Assembly (NCBI GenBank): GCA_965208835.1
Contig: OZ242358.1
Coordinates: 1,120,001-1,184,000 of the forward strand
From: Candidatus Latescibacterota bacterium
Lineage (GTDB): Bacteria; Latescibacterota; UBA2968; GCA-2709665
Length of the DNA: 64,000 nucleotides
Direction: 5' to 3'
Each line of letters opens with the position of its first letter. Position 1 is the first letter of the stretch. This document shows positions 47,653-56,906 of this stretch, one piece after another. The notes beneath the pieces are model-generated. The model did no database searches, had not been told where the DNA came from, and saw only the letters and a program-made list of their open reading frames with translations. The translations under genes and the position numbers were made by a program.

Positions 47653-49641
47653 GTGGCTACCGTTGCAGATCAGACCTCCGAAGCCATACTCGACGTGCGC
47701 CTGGCCGAGTCCCGTCACGTACACACGCCATGGACACTGGCTTCCTATTCTTCCCTGAAGGCCTGGAAAACCCGCGCCGCGCAGATTCGCCGCCACATCC
47801 TCGTTGTCGCGGGTCTATATCCGCTGCCTGAGAAGAGCCCCCTCAATGCGCACATTTTCGGTCGTGTGGAACGCGGGGGCTATTCCGTGGAGAAAGTCTT
47901 CTTCGAGTCGTTGCCGGGGTTCCTGGTGTGCGGTAACCTGTACCGTCCGGCTGACGATGGACCCCACCCGGGGATCGCCTGCCCGCACGGCCACTGCCGC
48001 CACGGCCGCCTTGAGAACGACGACGCGTCCTTTGCTTCCATACCGGGCCGATGCATCAATCTGGCTCGACAGGGCCACGTTGTTTTTTCATACGACATGG
48101 CGGGGTACAACGACAGCAGCCAGATCGAGCATCGGGAGTTCGGCGGACGCAGGGAAGACCTGTGGGGAATCGGCGTCCTGGGGCTGCAGCTTTGGAACAG
48201 CATCCGCGTTATCGACTTTCTGCAGGCGCTGCCAGATGTGGACCCGGGCCGGATCGGCTGCACGGGCGCTTCGGGCGGCGGCACCCAGACGTTCCTGCTG
48301 GCGGCTGTGGACAACAGGGTCGGGGTGGCGGCCCCGGTCAATATGATTTCGGCCCATATGCAAGGCGGATGCAACTGCGAAAACCAGGGCCATCTCCGCC
48401 TGGATATCAACAACGTCGAGATCGCGGCCGCCATGGCGCCGCGCCCTCTCTTCCTGGTTTCCGCCTCGGGCGACTGGACGTGCAACACGCCCGAGCTGGA
48501 ATACCCTGCAATACGGGAAATCTACAGATTGTACGACGCCGCGGACAGCGTCGCGACCGCACAGGTCGATGCCGGGCACAACTATAACCGCGAGAGTCGC
48601 GAATTCGTCTACCGATGGTTCGGCCGGTGGTTGCTGGGCAGGGACGAGCCATTCCAGGAAACTCCCTTCACCGTCGAACCCGATGAGGGACTGCTGGTTT
48701 TCCATGACCGGAAGCCGCCCGCCGGCGCGCTGGATTCAGACGGACTCACGAGATCGTTGATCGCCCGGTCCGAGTCGCGCCTTAATGACACCCTGCCCGA
48801 CACCGCTGCCTCCCTTCGCAGGTTCAAGGAGCGGATGGCGCCGGCGCTCCGGCATGCTGTCGCGGCCCGATACCCGAAGTCGCCGCATTCCAGGGATTTG
48901 GGGCGAACAAGAAGCAGGAGACATATCGTCCAGCGGCTCCTTCTCGGCAGGCCCGATTTCGGCGACCGCGTTCCGGCGCGGCTGTTTCTGCCGCGATACG
49001 GACAGGAGAAGTCGCAGGGCACACTGCTGGTACACCCCTGCGGCACCGACGCCCTCTCCGACCCCGAGAGCGGCAGGCCCGGCCCTGCCGTCAACGACCT
49101 GCTCCGAAGGGGCCAGCGGGTTCTGACCATCAGCCCGTTCCTGGTTGGCGCATCGTCCTCAAACACCGGTCTCCGGGACACCGAGGTGCCGCATTTCCAT
49201 ACCTACAACGCCAGCGACGCATCCTGTAGAATACAGGACATCCTCACGGCCCTGGCCTATCTCCAGCGCCGCGAAGACGTGACCGTCTGCCATCTGGCGG
49301 GCATGGGCGAGGCCGGACTTTGGTGCCTGTTCGCACGGGCTCTCGCGCCTGACATCGGGCGCACGATCGTCGACGGACACCGTTTCCAAGCCGGCGACGA
49401 CGCGCATTGGGCCGAACACCTCTTCATCCCTGCAGTCCGCGCCGCGGGCGACCTTCGCACGGCCGCCGCGCTTATCGCCCCTTCACCGCTCTATGTTCAC
49501 AATGCCGGCAACGACTTCCCCGCGGACGATTTCCATTCGTGTTACCGCGCCGCCGACGCCTGCCCGGAACTGCGGATCTCTTCGCGCCGTGTCAACCGGA
49601 CCGCGTTGCACGATTGGCTTACGAATCCCCCACTCCCTTAG
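47653..49641 (+). CDS. Acetyl-xylan-esterase-like alpha/beta hydrolase (tandem domains)
   Basis: YSVEKVFFES, CPHGH, GCTGASGGGTQT, GHNYN; GTG start behind GAGGAG. Confidence 0.87.
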   Translation: MATVADQTSEAILDVRLAESRHVHTPWTLASYSSLKAWKTRAAQIRRHILVVAGLYPLPEKSPLNAHIFGRVERGGYSVEKVFFESLPGFLVCGNLYRPADDGPHPGIACPHGHCRHGRLENDDASFASIPGRCINLARQGHVVFSYDMAGYNDSSQIEHREFGGRREDLWGIGVLGLQLWNSIRVIDFLQALPDVDPGRIGCTGASGGGTQTFLLAAVDNRVGVAAPVNMISAHMQGGCNCENQGHLRLDINNVEIAAAMAPRPLFLVSASGDWTCNTPELEYPAIREIYRLYDAADSVATAQVDAGHNYNRESREFVYRWFGRWLLGRDEPFQETPFTVEPDEGLLVFHDRKPPAGALDSDGLTRSLIARSESRLNDTLPDTAASLRRFKERMAPALRHAVAARYPKSPHSRDLGRTRSRRHIVQRLLLGRPDFGDRVPARLFLPRYGQEKSQGTLLVHPCGTDALSDPESGRPGPAVNDLLRRGQRVLTISPFLVGASSSNTGLRDTEVPHFHTYNASDASCRIQDILTALAYLQRREDVTVCHLAGMGEAGLWCLFARALAPDIGRTIVDGHRFQAGDDAHWAEHLFIPAVRAAGDLRTAAALIAPSPLYVHNAGNDFPADDFHSCYRAADACPELRISSRRVNRTALHDWLTNPPLP

Positions 49642-49804
49642 CAGCCCGTTGAAAAAGCCCATCCGGGCTGCAGCCGGCCCTTGCGGTCGAAATACTACGT
49701 TGCGCTCGCTCGCCGAATCACAGGATGGGACTCGGTCGCGCGCCTTGTCTTCGACCACAATGGCTCGGCCTCACCTGCAGAGCGACTTTATCAACGGACT
49801 GTTA
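49639..49804 (+). mobile_element. MITE family B, copy 1
   Basis: TIRs tagcagcccgttgaaaaag / ctttatcaacggactgtta; begins on the esterase TAG stop. Confidence 0.8.
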
Positions 49805-49818
49805 ACCTGGACGCCTGA

Positions 49819-51129
49819 ATGAAGATCGCCCACATTTCCGACTTCCATCTCCGCCACCATCTTCCGGGCACCTCCACCATATCCCGGCGCCTAAGCCGGC
49901 ACATGCCGGAGCTGATAACGCAGGCGGTGGGCCGCATTCGCGGGGAATCCCCCGACCTCGTCGTCGTTACCGGCGACCTGGCCGACCACCCGTTTTACGG
50001 GATGCACGACGAGGAGCTTATCGCCCTCGCCGAAAAAGATCTCCGCCTGATCCGGGAATACTTTGCGTCTCTGACATGTCCCGTCGCCTGGCTCTACGGC
50101 AACCACGACCATCCGGAGTCCTTCCACCGTGTTTACGGCGACCTTCCGGCGGATTTCCACGTTGCCGGGCATCGCGTTCTGCTGTTTTTCGACGATGAAG
50201 TGGAAAGCAACTTTCCCCAGCGCATGGGGAAGCAGCGCGAACGCTTTCTCGCCGCGATGAACGACGACGACCCGTCGCCGCAGGTCCACCTTCAGCACTA
50301 CCTCGTCGCGCCGGAGCGCGAGGGCGGCTATCCCCACGCCTACAGGGAAGCCGGCAGCCTCAAGGCGGCCCTTCTGGCCGACAGCCGGGTGCGCCTGGTA
50401 CTCAGCGGTCACTATCACAAAGGGGACAGCCTGTTCAGGGAAGGCCACGTTCACTTCGCCAATGCGCCTGCGTTCGGGGAGCCGCCGCATCCGTTTCGCA
50501 TCTACGACCTGAGCGGGACAGGCATCGATCAACACGAATTTGAACTGCGTTCGACGGAAGGGCGAAGACGCAGGGCGGTCTTTCTGGATCGCGACGGCAC
50601 CCTCAGCCCCGCTCCCGCCTACCGCACGGGTCCGGACGCCTTCAGCCTTCTGCCGGGCGCAGCGGAAGCACTTGCGAAGTTGAAGCGCGCCGGATACGCC
50701 CTGGTCGTTGTCTCGAACCAGACCGCCGTCGGACAGGGGTACGTCACCACCGAAACCGTCGGTGCCGTGAACGACCGCATGGCCGCGCTGCTTGGACCTT
50801 CCGGCGTGGAACTGGACGGGGTCTACTGCCGCTATGGCGGTCCGAACGCCGTCCTGCCGGAACATCGAAACGTCCCGGCGGAAACCAAGCCCAGCCCCGC
50901 GATGCTGCATGCCGCAGCCGAAGACCTCAATCTGGACCTTTCCTCGTCCTTCATGGTCGGCGACCGGAAGACCGACGTGGACGCCGGGCGCAACGCCGAA
51001 TGCCGCGCGTCGATCCTGGTGAAGACGGGTTCCGGTCCGGAAGCGCTGGCCAAGATGCCTCCCGGACACGCGGATTTCGTCGCCGGCGATCTCGCCGCCG
51101 CCGTGGACTGGATTATGGAGAACGGATGA
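49819..51129 (+). CDS. Calcineurin-like metallophosphoesterase fused to a HAD-IIIA (GmhB-like) phosphatase
   Basis: HISDFH, TGDL, GNHD, SGHYH; then FLDRDGTL, VVSNQ, KPSPAML, MVGDRKTD. Confidence 0.9.
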   Translation: MKIAHISDFHLRHHLPGTSTISRRLSRHMPELITQAVGRIRGESPDLVVVTGDLADHPFYGMHDEELIALAEKDLRLIREYFASLTCPVAWLYGNHDHPESFHRVYGDLPADFHVAGHRVLLFFDDEVESNFPQRMGKQRERFLAAMNDDDPSPQVHLQHYLVAPEREGGYPHAYREAGSLKAALLADSRVRLVLSGHYHKGDSLFREGHVHFANAPAFGEPPHPFRIYDLSGTGIDQHEFELRSTEGRRRRAVFLDRDGTLSPAPAYRTGPDAFSLLPGAAEALAKLKRAGYALVVVSNQTAVGQGYVTTETVGAVNDRMAALLGPSGVELDGVYCRYGGPNAVLPEHRNVPAETKPSPAMLHAAAEDLNLDLSSSFMVGDRKTDVDAGRNAECRASILVKTGSGPEALAKMPPGHADFVAGDLAAAVDWIMENG

Positions 51130-51752
51130 TGGCCCTACCCTCTCTTCGATCGGTTCTGATGATCCTGATTCCGGTGGCACTCGTCGCCTCGCTTGTCGGT
51201 TTTATGCTCGACGGGTATTCGCGGGAACTGGACCGCCTTCTCGGCACGGTGCCGGATGCCCCTGCAACGTCCGGCCTCCCTTCCATTCTGGACAGGGTCG
51301 CCGACTCGCTTTCGACCGCGGACCTTGCCCGGCTGCTTGCCGATCAACTGGCGCCTCCGGATGGCCCGGATCCTGCAGGCGGGATCAAGCGCGCCTGCTA
51401 CGCCTTCCTGATCGCCCGCAAATACAAAAAAGAAAGCCTGCAGGCTTTCTTTTTCGACCGGACGCCCTTCGCCGTGACACGCAATATTTCGGTGCCAGGT
51501 TTTGCGCGCGCCGCACGAGCCTATTTCGGCGTATCTCCTGAGCAGCTGACGACGGGAGAAGCCATCCTGCTGTTCCATCTCGCCCGCTTTCCCGATGCGC
51601 CGGCGCCGGTGACCGACCCGGAACGCGCCATCGAGCTCCGGAACCGTCTGCTGCTGGAACTCATGGACGGCAAGTTGATCACGACCGCGCAGTACCGCGC
51701 TGAATCCATCCGCCCCCTCACTCTGGCCGGCAGCCATCCGGCCGTGTGGTGA
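51126..51752 (+). CDS. Membrane-anchored degenerate transglycosylase (GT51-like) protein
   Basis: N-terminal TM; GFARAARAYFGVSPEQLTTGEAILL...PERAIELRNRLL; ATGA coupling to the upstream gene. Confidence 0.7.
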   Translation: MMALPSLRSVLMILIPVALVASLVGFMLDGYSRELDRLLGTVPDAPATSGLPSILDRVADSLSTADLARLLADQLAPPDGPDPAGGIKRACYAFLIARKYKKESLQAFFFDRTPFAVTRNISVPGFARAARAYFGVSPEQLTTGEAILLFHLARFPDAPAPVTDPERAIELRNRLLLELMDGKLITTAQYRAESIRPLTLAGSHPAVW

Positions 51753-52005
51753 CAGACCGTTCGCCCGAGCGGACGGTGCGCGTCCACGGCGTCACCACGG
51801 GACTGGACACCAGATAATACGGGCCTCTATCCGAGTATCTCCACCTGCCGGGAGGGAGAAGCAGGCTGAGTACGCGACAGAGGCCCGCGTCCTGGTTCAT
51901 GGAAAGTTTATCCGATTACTGATCAAGAGTCAAGACCCTGCGTTGGATATCCGGGGTTTCTTATATCTTCGGTCGCAGCCATGCACTCAGGATTGAGATG
52001 AGGTA

Positions 52006-52752
52006 CTATCGTACCAACTCAATACGGACCACGTTTTTTACGTTCGCGCACCTGTCGTCCGTTTCGGGAATGAACAGTCGTATAGGTCCACCGAGTCTTT
52101 CCGGTAACGGATGTTCGCCGATGCGGTAAACGAGGATGCCGTTTTCGACTGCGGAAGCGAGGGAGACCCGGGCAAAGAATCCGTCGTCGGCCGAATGAAA
52201 AACGGCCTGACTCGCCCCGTCGCCCACGGCCGCGTCTCTCAGAAGTTCGGCGACGGAAACCGCGGATCCTCGGCGACCGGGAATGATGCGGCCTACGTCC
52301 TCGATCTGCTCGGAAACACTTCGCAGGTCCGCGTACGTGAAGACTATGGGTCCGGGTAGACATCCGTCAACTGTCAGCAATGGCGCACCGGCGTCACTGT
52401 GCAGCCCCGATACCGTCTGGTCGATGTAGTCCTGCGCGATATCGACCAGACGCGCGTCGTAGCCTACCGTTGGCGTGACGTGGACTTCCGTATTGGCGTG
52501 GTCGTCGTGAAACCTCTCCACGCGCTGCCGGAGACGACGGAGCAGCTGTTTGTCCTCGCGAAACAGGAACGGCAGGACCGCGATCCGCTTCATTCCGCGC
52601 TGCACGCAGGCCGCCAGCGCGTCTTCGATCGAGGGACGGCCATCCAGAACGCCCGCCTCAGCCGCAATTCCCCGGTGCGTAAGCGCATCCACAACCTGTA
52701 TCAGGCAGTTGTCATCCGCGCGCGGCGCGACCAGTATCGTGGCCTGGGTCAT
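52006..52752 (-). CDS. CbiX/SirB-like domain fused to a molybdopterin-oxidoreductase-like domain
   Basis: PSIEDALAAC...IAVLPFLF...VGYDARL; C-terminus LPERLGGPIRLFIP...CANVKNVVRIEL. Confidence 0.7.
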   Translation of the reverse strand: MTQATILVAPRADDNCLIQVVDALTHRGIAAEAGVLDGRPSIEDALAACVQRGMKRIAVLPFLFREDKQLLRRLRQRVERFHDDHANTEVHVTPTVGYDARLVDIAQDYIDQTVSGLHSDAGAPLLTVDGCLPGPIVFTYADLRSVSEQIEDVGRIIPGRRGSAVSVAELLRDAAVGDGASQAVFHSADDGFFARVSLASAVENGILVYRIGEHPLPERLGGPIRLFIPETDDRCANVKNVVRIELVR

Positions 52753-52848
52753 CGTTCATCTCCGTATGTCGGCGCTTTTCGTAGTTAATGTTCCCGTGGA
52801 CTCCGTATTGTCGCTCAATCTTCGCGCTTTGTCGGGTGCCGGTTTTTC

Positions 52849-52986
52849 ATGATGCCAGTCTTCGACGACCTCCCAATCATCATTCGTATTGTACTGCTGA
52901 TCTCCTCGGCCCTGATTCTCGTTGTCGGCGCCGGTCTGTTCTGGCGAATGGTGAAAACCCTGATCGGAAAGAAAGACCGCCGCTGA
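52849..52986 (+). CDS. 45-aa single-pass membrane protein (below the ORF-track cut-off)
   Basis: MMPVFDDLPIIIRIVLLISSALILVVGAGLFWRMVKTLIGKKDRR*; GC-rich third positions, TM helix plus basic tail. Confidence 0.7.
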   Translation: MMPVFDDLPIIIRIVLLISSALILVVGAGLFWRMVKTLIGKKDRR

Positions 52987-52989
52987 CAC

Positions 52990-53059
52990 ACCTGCCGCGA
53001 CGTCCTTCCCGATCTCAGCCGAAGTCATATAGAGCTGCGACAGGCTTCCTCGAACTCAT
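52990..53059 (-). pseudogene. Possible decayed hicA N-terminus
   Basis: MSSRKPVAALYDFG*DREGRRGR resembles HicA MSSRExIxxLxxxGWxxxRxRGSH. Confidence 0.35.
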
Positions 53060-53106
53060 TAGTCCGCATTCGGTAACGTCGTCACCACTCAAGTGAGTCA
53101 CGATGA

Positions 53107-53135
53107 ACACACACAAGTGTGTGTGGACATGTCAA
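53107..53135 (-). promoter_or_regulatory. Palindrome ACACACAC-AA-GTGTGTGT next to a TTGACA -35
   Basis: Perfect 8-bp IR at 53107-53124; TTGACA at 53135-53130; no good -10. Confidence 0.5.
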
Positions 53136-53187
53136 TTCACTTATTTTTCGATAGTTCCTTACATTTCCACGTCGCGGCACTGGAAGT

Positions 53188-53466
53188 TTACTCGGTTTTG
53201 TTCGAAGCCTGTTCCAGCTCGCTCCGGGCATAGTAGAGCGCCAGGACTTCGAGAGCGTTGATGAGGTATACGTCGCGCGCGTGGCTGTCCAGGGTCTCGG
53301 CCATCTGTTTCGCGAGCGCGGGGATTTCGGCTTCCATGTCGGCCTTCATTTCGTCCCAGCCGGACAGGCGACCGTGTTTTTCGCGGCATGACTCCCGGGC
53401 GGCCTGGTAGATGGCCCTGGCCAGTCTGCGCGGGTCTCCGTCGAGGTGGATCTGGGATTCGTTCAT
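53188..53466 (-). CDS. Hypothetical helical protein (92 aa)
   Basis: MNESQIHLDGDPRRLARAIYQAARE...; codon usage fits neighbours; same strand as the upstream gene. Confidence 0.65.
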   Translation of the reverse strand: MNESQIHLDGDPRRLARAIYQAARESCREKHGRLSGWDEMKADMEAEIPALAKQMAETLDSHARDVYLINALEVLALYYARSELEQASNKTE

Positions 53467-53490
53467 TGTGTTTATGTGTTTACGCAGAAT

Positions 53491-53517
53491 GTAAGGGCAG
53501 GTTTCAAACCTGCCCCT
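53491..53517. repeat. REP palindrome (GTAG-type)
   Basis: gtaagggcaggtttcaaacctgcccct. Confidence 0.7.
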
Positions 53518-53525
53518 TCTGTTTT

Positions 53526-56500
53526 CTATGTTCCGCCCGACCCGACCGGCTCGAAGAGGACCGTATCGCCGACGACGTAGTCCGCGATCTGAACCCATGC
53601 CCCGGTCGCCAGATTCTGAAGTCGGTCGCCGTCGCCTCTGTTGGGGTCGACGTGGACCGTCGTGCGCACGGGGCCGGGCGGCCAGGAGCGCTCGTTACTC
53701 GCGTTGGAGATCACCGCCCAGTCGTCGTTTGCGCCGGTCTGGATCCGCGTGCCGTTGAGGTTGCCCGATTTCGCCAGGATATGATAGCCGAAGTCGATTC
53801 TGCCGCCTTCGGCCGCGACCACCTTCGCGCGACCTAGGATCGAGGTGACGTCCAGCGTCAGGCGAAGCATCGGGTCGCCAAAGGGCTCAACGGCTTCGAC
53901 GCGGTAGCTGTGGGCGCGTTCGTCGGGATTGACGGCAACGCGGTCCCCGGCGGCAACGCCCTCCAGGCCCTCCACGTCGATTGTACAGGCGTCCCGGTCC
54001 AGAGCGACGATGCGGCCAATCTGCCGCGCCCGATCGACTGAAACCGGGGTGACTGAGTCGCGGAACGCGGAAGCGCCCACGGTCGATATCCGCCCGTCGA
54101 CCACGGCAGCGAGTGCGCCGTGCAACGTGACGCCGTCTTCGAAGCGCGTGGCGTCGCTCGGTCCCGCGACGGGCGACCAGTAAATGGCGATTTGCCTGCC
54201 CTGTGCCGTGTTCAGCCTGACGCCGACGGCAGATGGAGACTGCGCGGAAACGGCGACCGCTTCGGCAAGCGTCGGTTCGGCGATTCGGGGCTCGAATACA
54301 AGATCGACGCAGGTGGTGTCTTCCTGCGGCGTCCGCCGCCAGAGGACGGGATGATACAGGTAGTTGGACTCTTCGGGGGTCCCCATGGCCTGCGCCGCGC
54401 GGGCCGTGAAAAGGCGGGTTCCGGGAGAGACGTTGATCTGATGGAGATCCAGCTGGACGGCGGGTTCGGCCTGCGAACGCCATCCGCCGCTGAAGGCGTC
54501 GGGCGCCTGGCCGGTCGAGACGTCGTCCATGTACGCCAGAGCGGTATGGTCCGGGTGAGGAAGGTCGTCCGTCTGCGCGCGTTTGACCCGGGGACCGGCG
54601 ACGGTTCCGGTTTGCGGCTGAAGTCCCGCGTTGTCTGACCGAAATTCGCCTTCCAGCCCCCGGCAGGTGCGCCAGTGTTCCGCGCCTCCCGTGATCCGCG
54701 AAAGATCGATGAGTACGACGCCCTCGCCGTCGGTCTCAACAAGGGCGATGAGGCGGCGGAACGTAACCCCGAGCTTGCGCCAGCCTCGCGACTCCTCGTG
54801 CGTCCATCGATGCGCCTCGACGTCCAGTACCTGCAGCCCGTCGACAAACAGGCTGCGCACCAGGCGCCCCCGGCCGGCCGTTTGGGGTTCGCCCGCGGGC
54901 AGGTCGGACCAGACGGTGTTATGGGTTGCCCAGTGGGACTCCCACGGGGACATGCTCGCCCAGGACTGGGGGTATCCCAGGTCGGTCAGGAAGGGACGCT
55001 CGAACGCGAACAACTGCACGTCCAGAAGGTCCCGGTGGCGGTGGTGGAGGGTATCCCCGTACACGATGCCGGCCGCGGCGCGTTCGGGCGCTTCGGGCGT
55101 ACGGAGGACCGCGATGCCGACACCGTCGTGGACCGTTGGACCGAGAGCCCGGTGCCGCCTGTTCTCTGCAGCCGACCGGATTTCCCGCACGAGCGGATCA
55201 TTCGTAAATGCAACGGCACGTTCAAGAAGACTCGGATCCATCGGCGGGTGGAAGAGGTCGTCGTCCAGACGGATGGTGCCCTCTCCCTTGAATCCCGCGG
55301 AACCCGGCGCGGACCCGTCCCCGAACTGGAAATACGATTTTCCGCACATCGTGATTTCGTGCAGCGCGCGGGGCACGTGCGCCGCGCGGCGATCCTCGAA
55401 GAGCGAGGGGAAGTCAGACTCGGGGTAGGCCTCCGGCTGCCGGTCGCGCAGATGACGAAGGTGGTGCTCCAGGTCGAACAAGCCGTCGCTGTGTATGGAG
55501 TTATAACCTCCCGTAGCCTCCTGTGGCGTGCCGTCCGGGAAGAAGTCGTTGGTGGTGAAGACCCGCAGCGTGTCCGGCCCCTCGTCGTAGACCCAATCCA
55601 TCACGTCCCGCGCATCGGGTCGGTCCAGGCAGCGCAGCACGATGAGCGCGCCCTGGCTTTCTCTCGGAAGGTTGCTGGACGCGCCCCGGTCAAGTGTGAC
55701 CTGGAGCAGCGCGGCCAGCATCTCTTCCGTGAGTTGACAGGCGTCTTCCGGGGTCTGAACGGAGAGACCCATGGACTGCGCCCGTTCGACGAGTTCGCGA
55801 TCTTCGCGCATCAACGGCCAGACCGTATCGTAGGCCAGCGCGAGGCTCTCGATCAGATACGGGGTGTCGATGCTGTAACGGATGCTGCCCTTGGCCCGCA
55901 GCGCCTGCACAGGGTCGGGTTCGTCCGCCCAGTCCGGCTGGCCCCAGTCCCAGGGTTCTTCCACGCCTTTCGAGGGACCGTATCGGAACTGGGGCACGGA
56001 GGCCACGTATAGCTCTTCCACTGCATAACGCAGCAATATCAGTCCGAGTTGCCGCGCGCGCGCTTCATCGAACCCGCCGGCGCGGAGGGCGTTCGTCATC
56101 GTGTCAATTCCGGAATTACAGCTTCGGCATTGGTCCCGGTGATAGGTGGCGGCGAAGAGGTAGATGTGGCCTTCGGCGTCGAAAAAGCCGAACCCGTCAT
56201 CCGGATATTCGCCCGACAAATAGTCTTCGTTCGCCAGGTCGTTGCTCGGATAGACCGAACCGCAGTTGGGGCATTCGGACTTGAAATCACACGGCAGGTG
56301 GCTGCGCACCCAAGGATAGAAACCGCTGTATTTGAAGATCGCCGTCCCGCAATTCGGACAACCCTGGTGGCAGTTGGCGAAGTGGGCCTTGGGCAGTTCC
56401 GCGCCGGGGAGCTGTGCCCAAAGGATCTCGTCCGTTTGGGAGGACCACCACTCGACGGTCCTGTCGTCGAGACGTTCCGATACGGGTTCGTCCTGCAGCG

Positions 56501-56846
56501 TCTGGCGGGTCTTTGTCGGCTTGTAATTGCTCTCCAAAGGCCAGCGGCGTGGCCACCGCGCGCCGTTGTAGGTGTGCGGCCGGCGCAGGTCGTCCAGGGT
56601 GCTCACACGGATGGTCGTTTTCGCTGCCCCGCCTCCTTGTGTGGCGCGCAGGGTGTAGTCCCCTGCCTGCCGGGGCGATCGCAGATAGTGGTAGAGCGCG
56701 CCATCCCGTTCGGACCACCTCGTGGCGATCGTCTCGAAAGGATCGGCGGACAGTGTGACGCCGTCGCCGGCCGCCTGAACGGGCAGGCGGAAGCTGCGTC
56801 CCGGGAGGATGACCCTGGGGCGCCAGGGTATCGCTGGATCTGACAT
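53526..56846 (-). CDS. Large heparinase II/III-like (polysaccharide lyase-fold) protein with CxxC pairs
   Basis: EATGGYN, QFGDG, HHRHRDLLDVQLFAF...TDLGYP...HNTV; CPNC twice. Confidence 0.7.
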   Translation of the reverse strand: MSDPAIPWRPRVILPGRSFRLPVQAAGDGVTLSADPFETIATRWSERDGALYHYLRSPRQAGDYTLRATQGGGAAKTTIRVSTLDDLRRPHTYNGARWPRRWPLESNYKPTKTRQTLQDEPVSERLDDRTVEWWSSQTDEILWAQLPGAELPKAHFANCHQGCPNCGTAIFKYSGFYPWVRSHLPCDFKSECPNCGSVYPSNDLANEDYLSGEYPDDGFGFFDAEGHIYLFAATYHRDQCRSCNSGIDTMTNALRAGGFDEARARQLGLILLRYAVEELYVASVPQFRYGPSKGVEEPWDWGQPDWADEPDPVQALRAKGSIRYSIDTPYLIESLALAYDTVWPLMREDRELVERAQSMGLSVQTPEDACQLTEEMLAALLQVTLDRGASSNLPRESQGALIVLRCLDRPDARDVMDWVYDEGPDTLRVFTTNDFFPDGTPQEATGGYNSIHSDGLFDLEHHLRHLRDRQPEAYPESDFPSLFEDRRAAHVPRALHEITMCGKSYFQFGDGSAPGSAGFKGEGTIRLDDDLFHPPMDPSLLERAVAFTNDPLVREIRSAAENRRHRALGPTVHDGVGIAVLRTPEAPERAAAGIVYGDTLHHRHRDLLDVQLFAFERPFLTDLGYPQSWASMSPWESHWATHNTVWSDLPAGEPQTAGRGRLVRSLFVDGLQVLDVEAHRWTHEESRGWRKLGVTFRRLIALVETDGEGVVLIDLSRITGGAEHWRTCRGLEGEFRSDNAGLQPQTGTVAGPRVKRAQTDDLPHPDHTALAYMDDVSTGQAPDAFSGGWRSQAEPAVQLDLHQINVSPGTRLFTARAAQAMGTPEESNYLYHPVLWRRTPQEDTTCVDLVFEPRIAEPTLAEAVAVSAQSPSAVGVRLNTAQGRQIAIYWSPVAGPSDATRFEDGVTLHGALAAVVDGRISTVGASAFRDSVTPVSVDRARQIGRIVALDRDACTIDVEGLEGVAAGDRVAVNPDERAHSYRVEAVEPFGDPMLRLTLDVTSILGRAKVVAAEGGRIDFGYHILAKSGNLNGTRIQTGANDDWAVISNASNERSWPPGPVRTTVHVDPNRGDGDRLQNLATGAWVQIADYVVGDTVLFEPVGSGGT

Positions 56847-56906
56847 GGCGAAGTTCCTCGGTAAAGATTAACTGGGGTCTGGGCGAGAACGAATCCGGCT
56901 TCTCGG

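Noticed and set aside
52756-53028. 90-aa minus-strand ORF as a gene or RiPP precursor
   Set aside because: It is the antisense shadow of the more plausible 45-aa membrane ORF, and no RiPP-modifying enzymes are adjacent.
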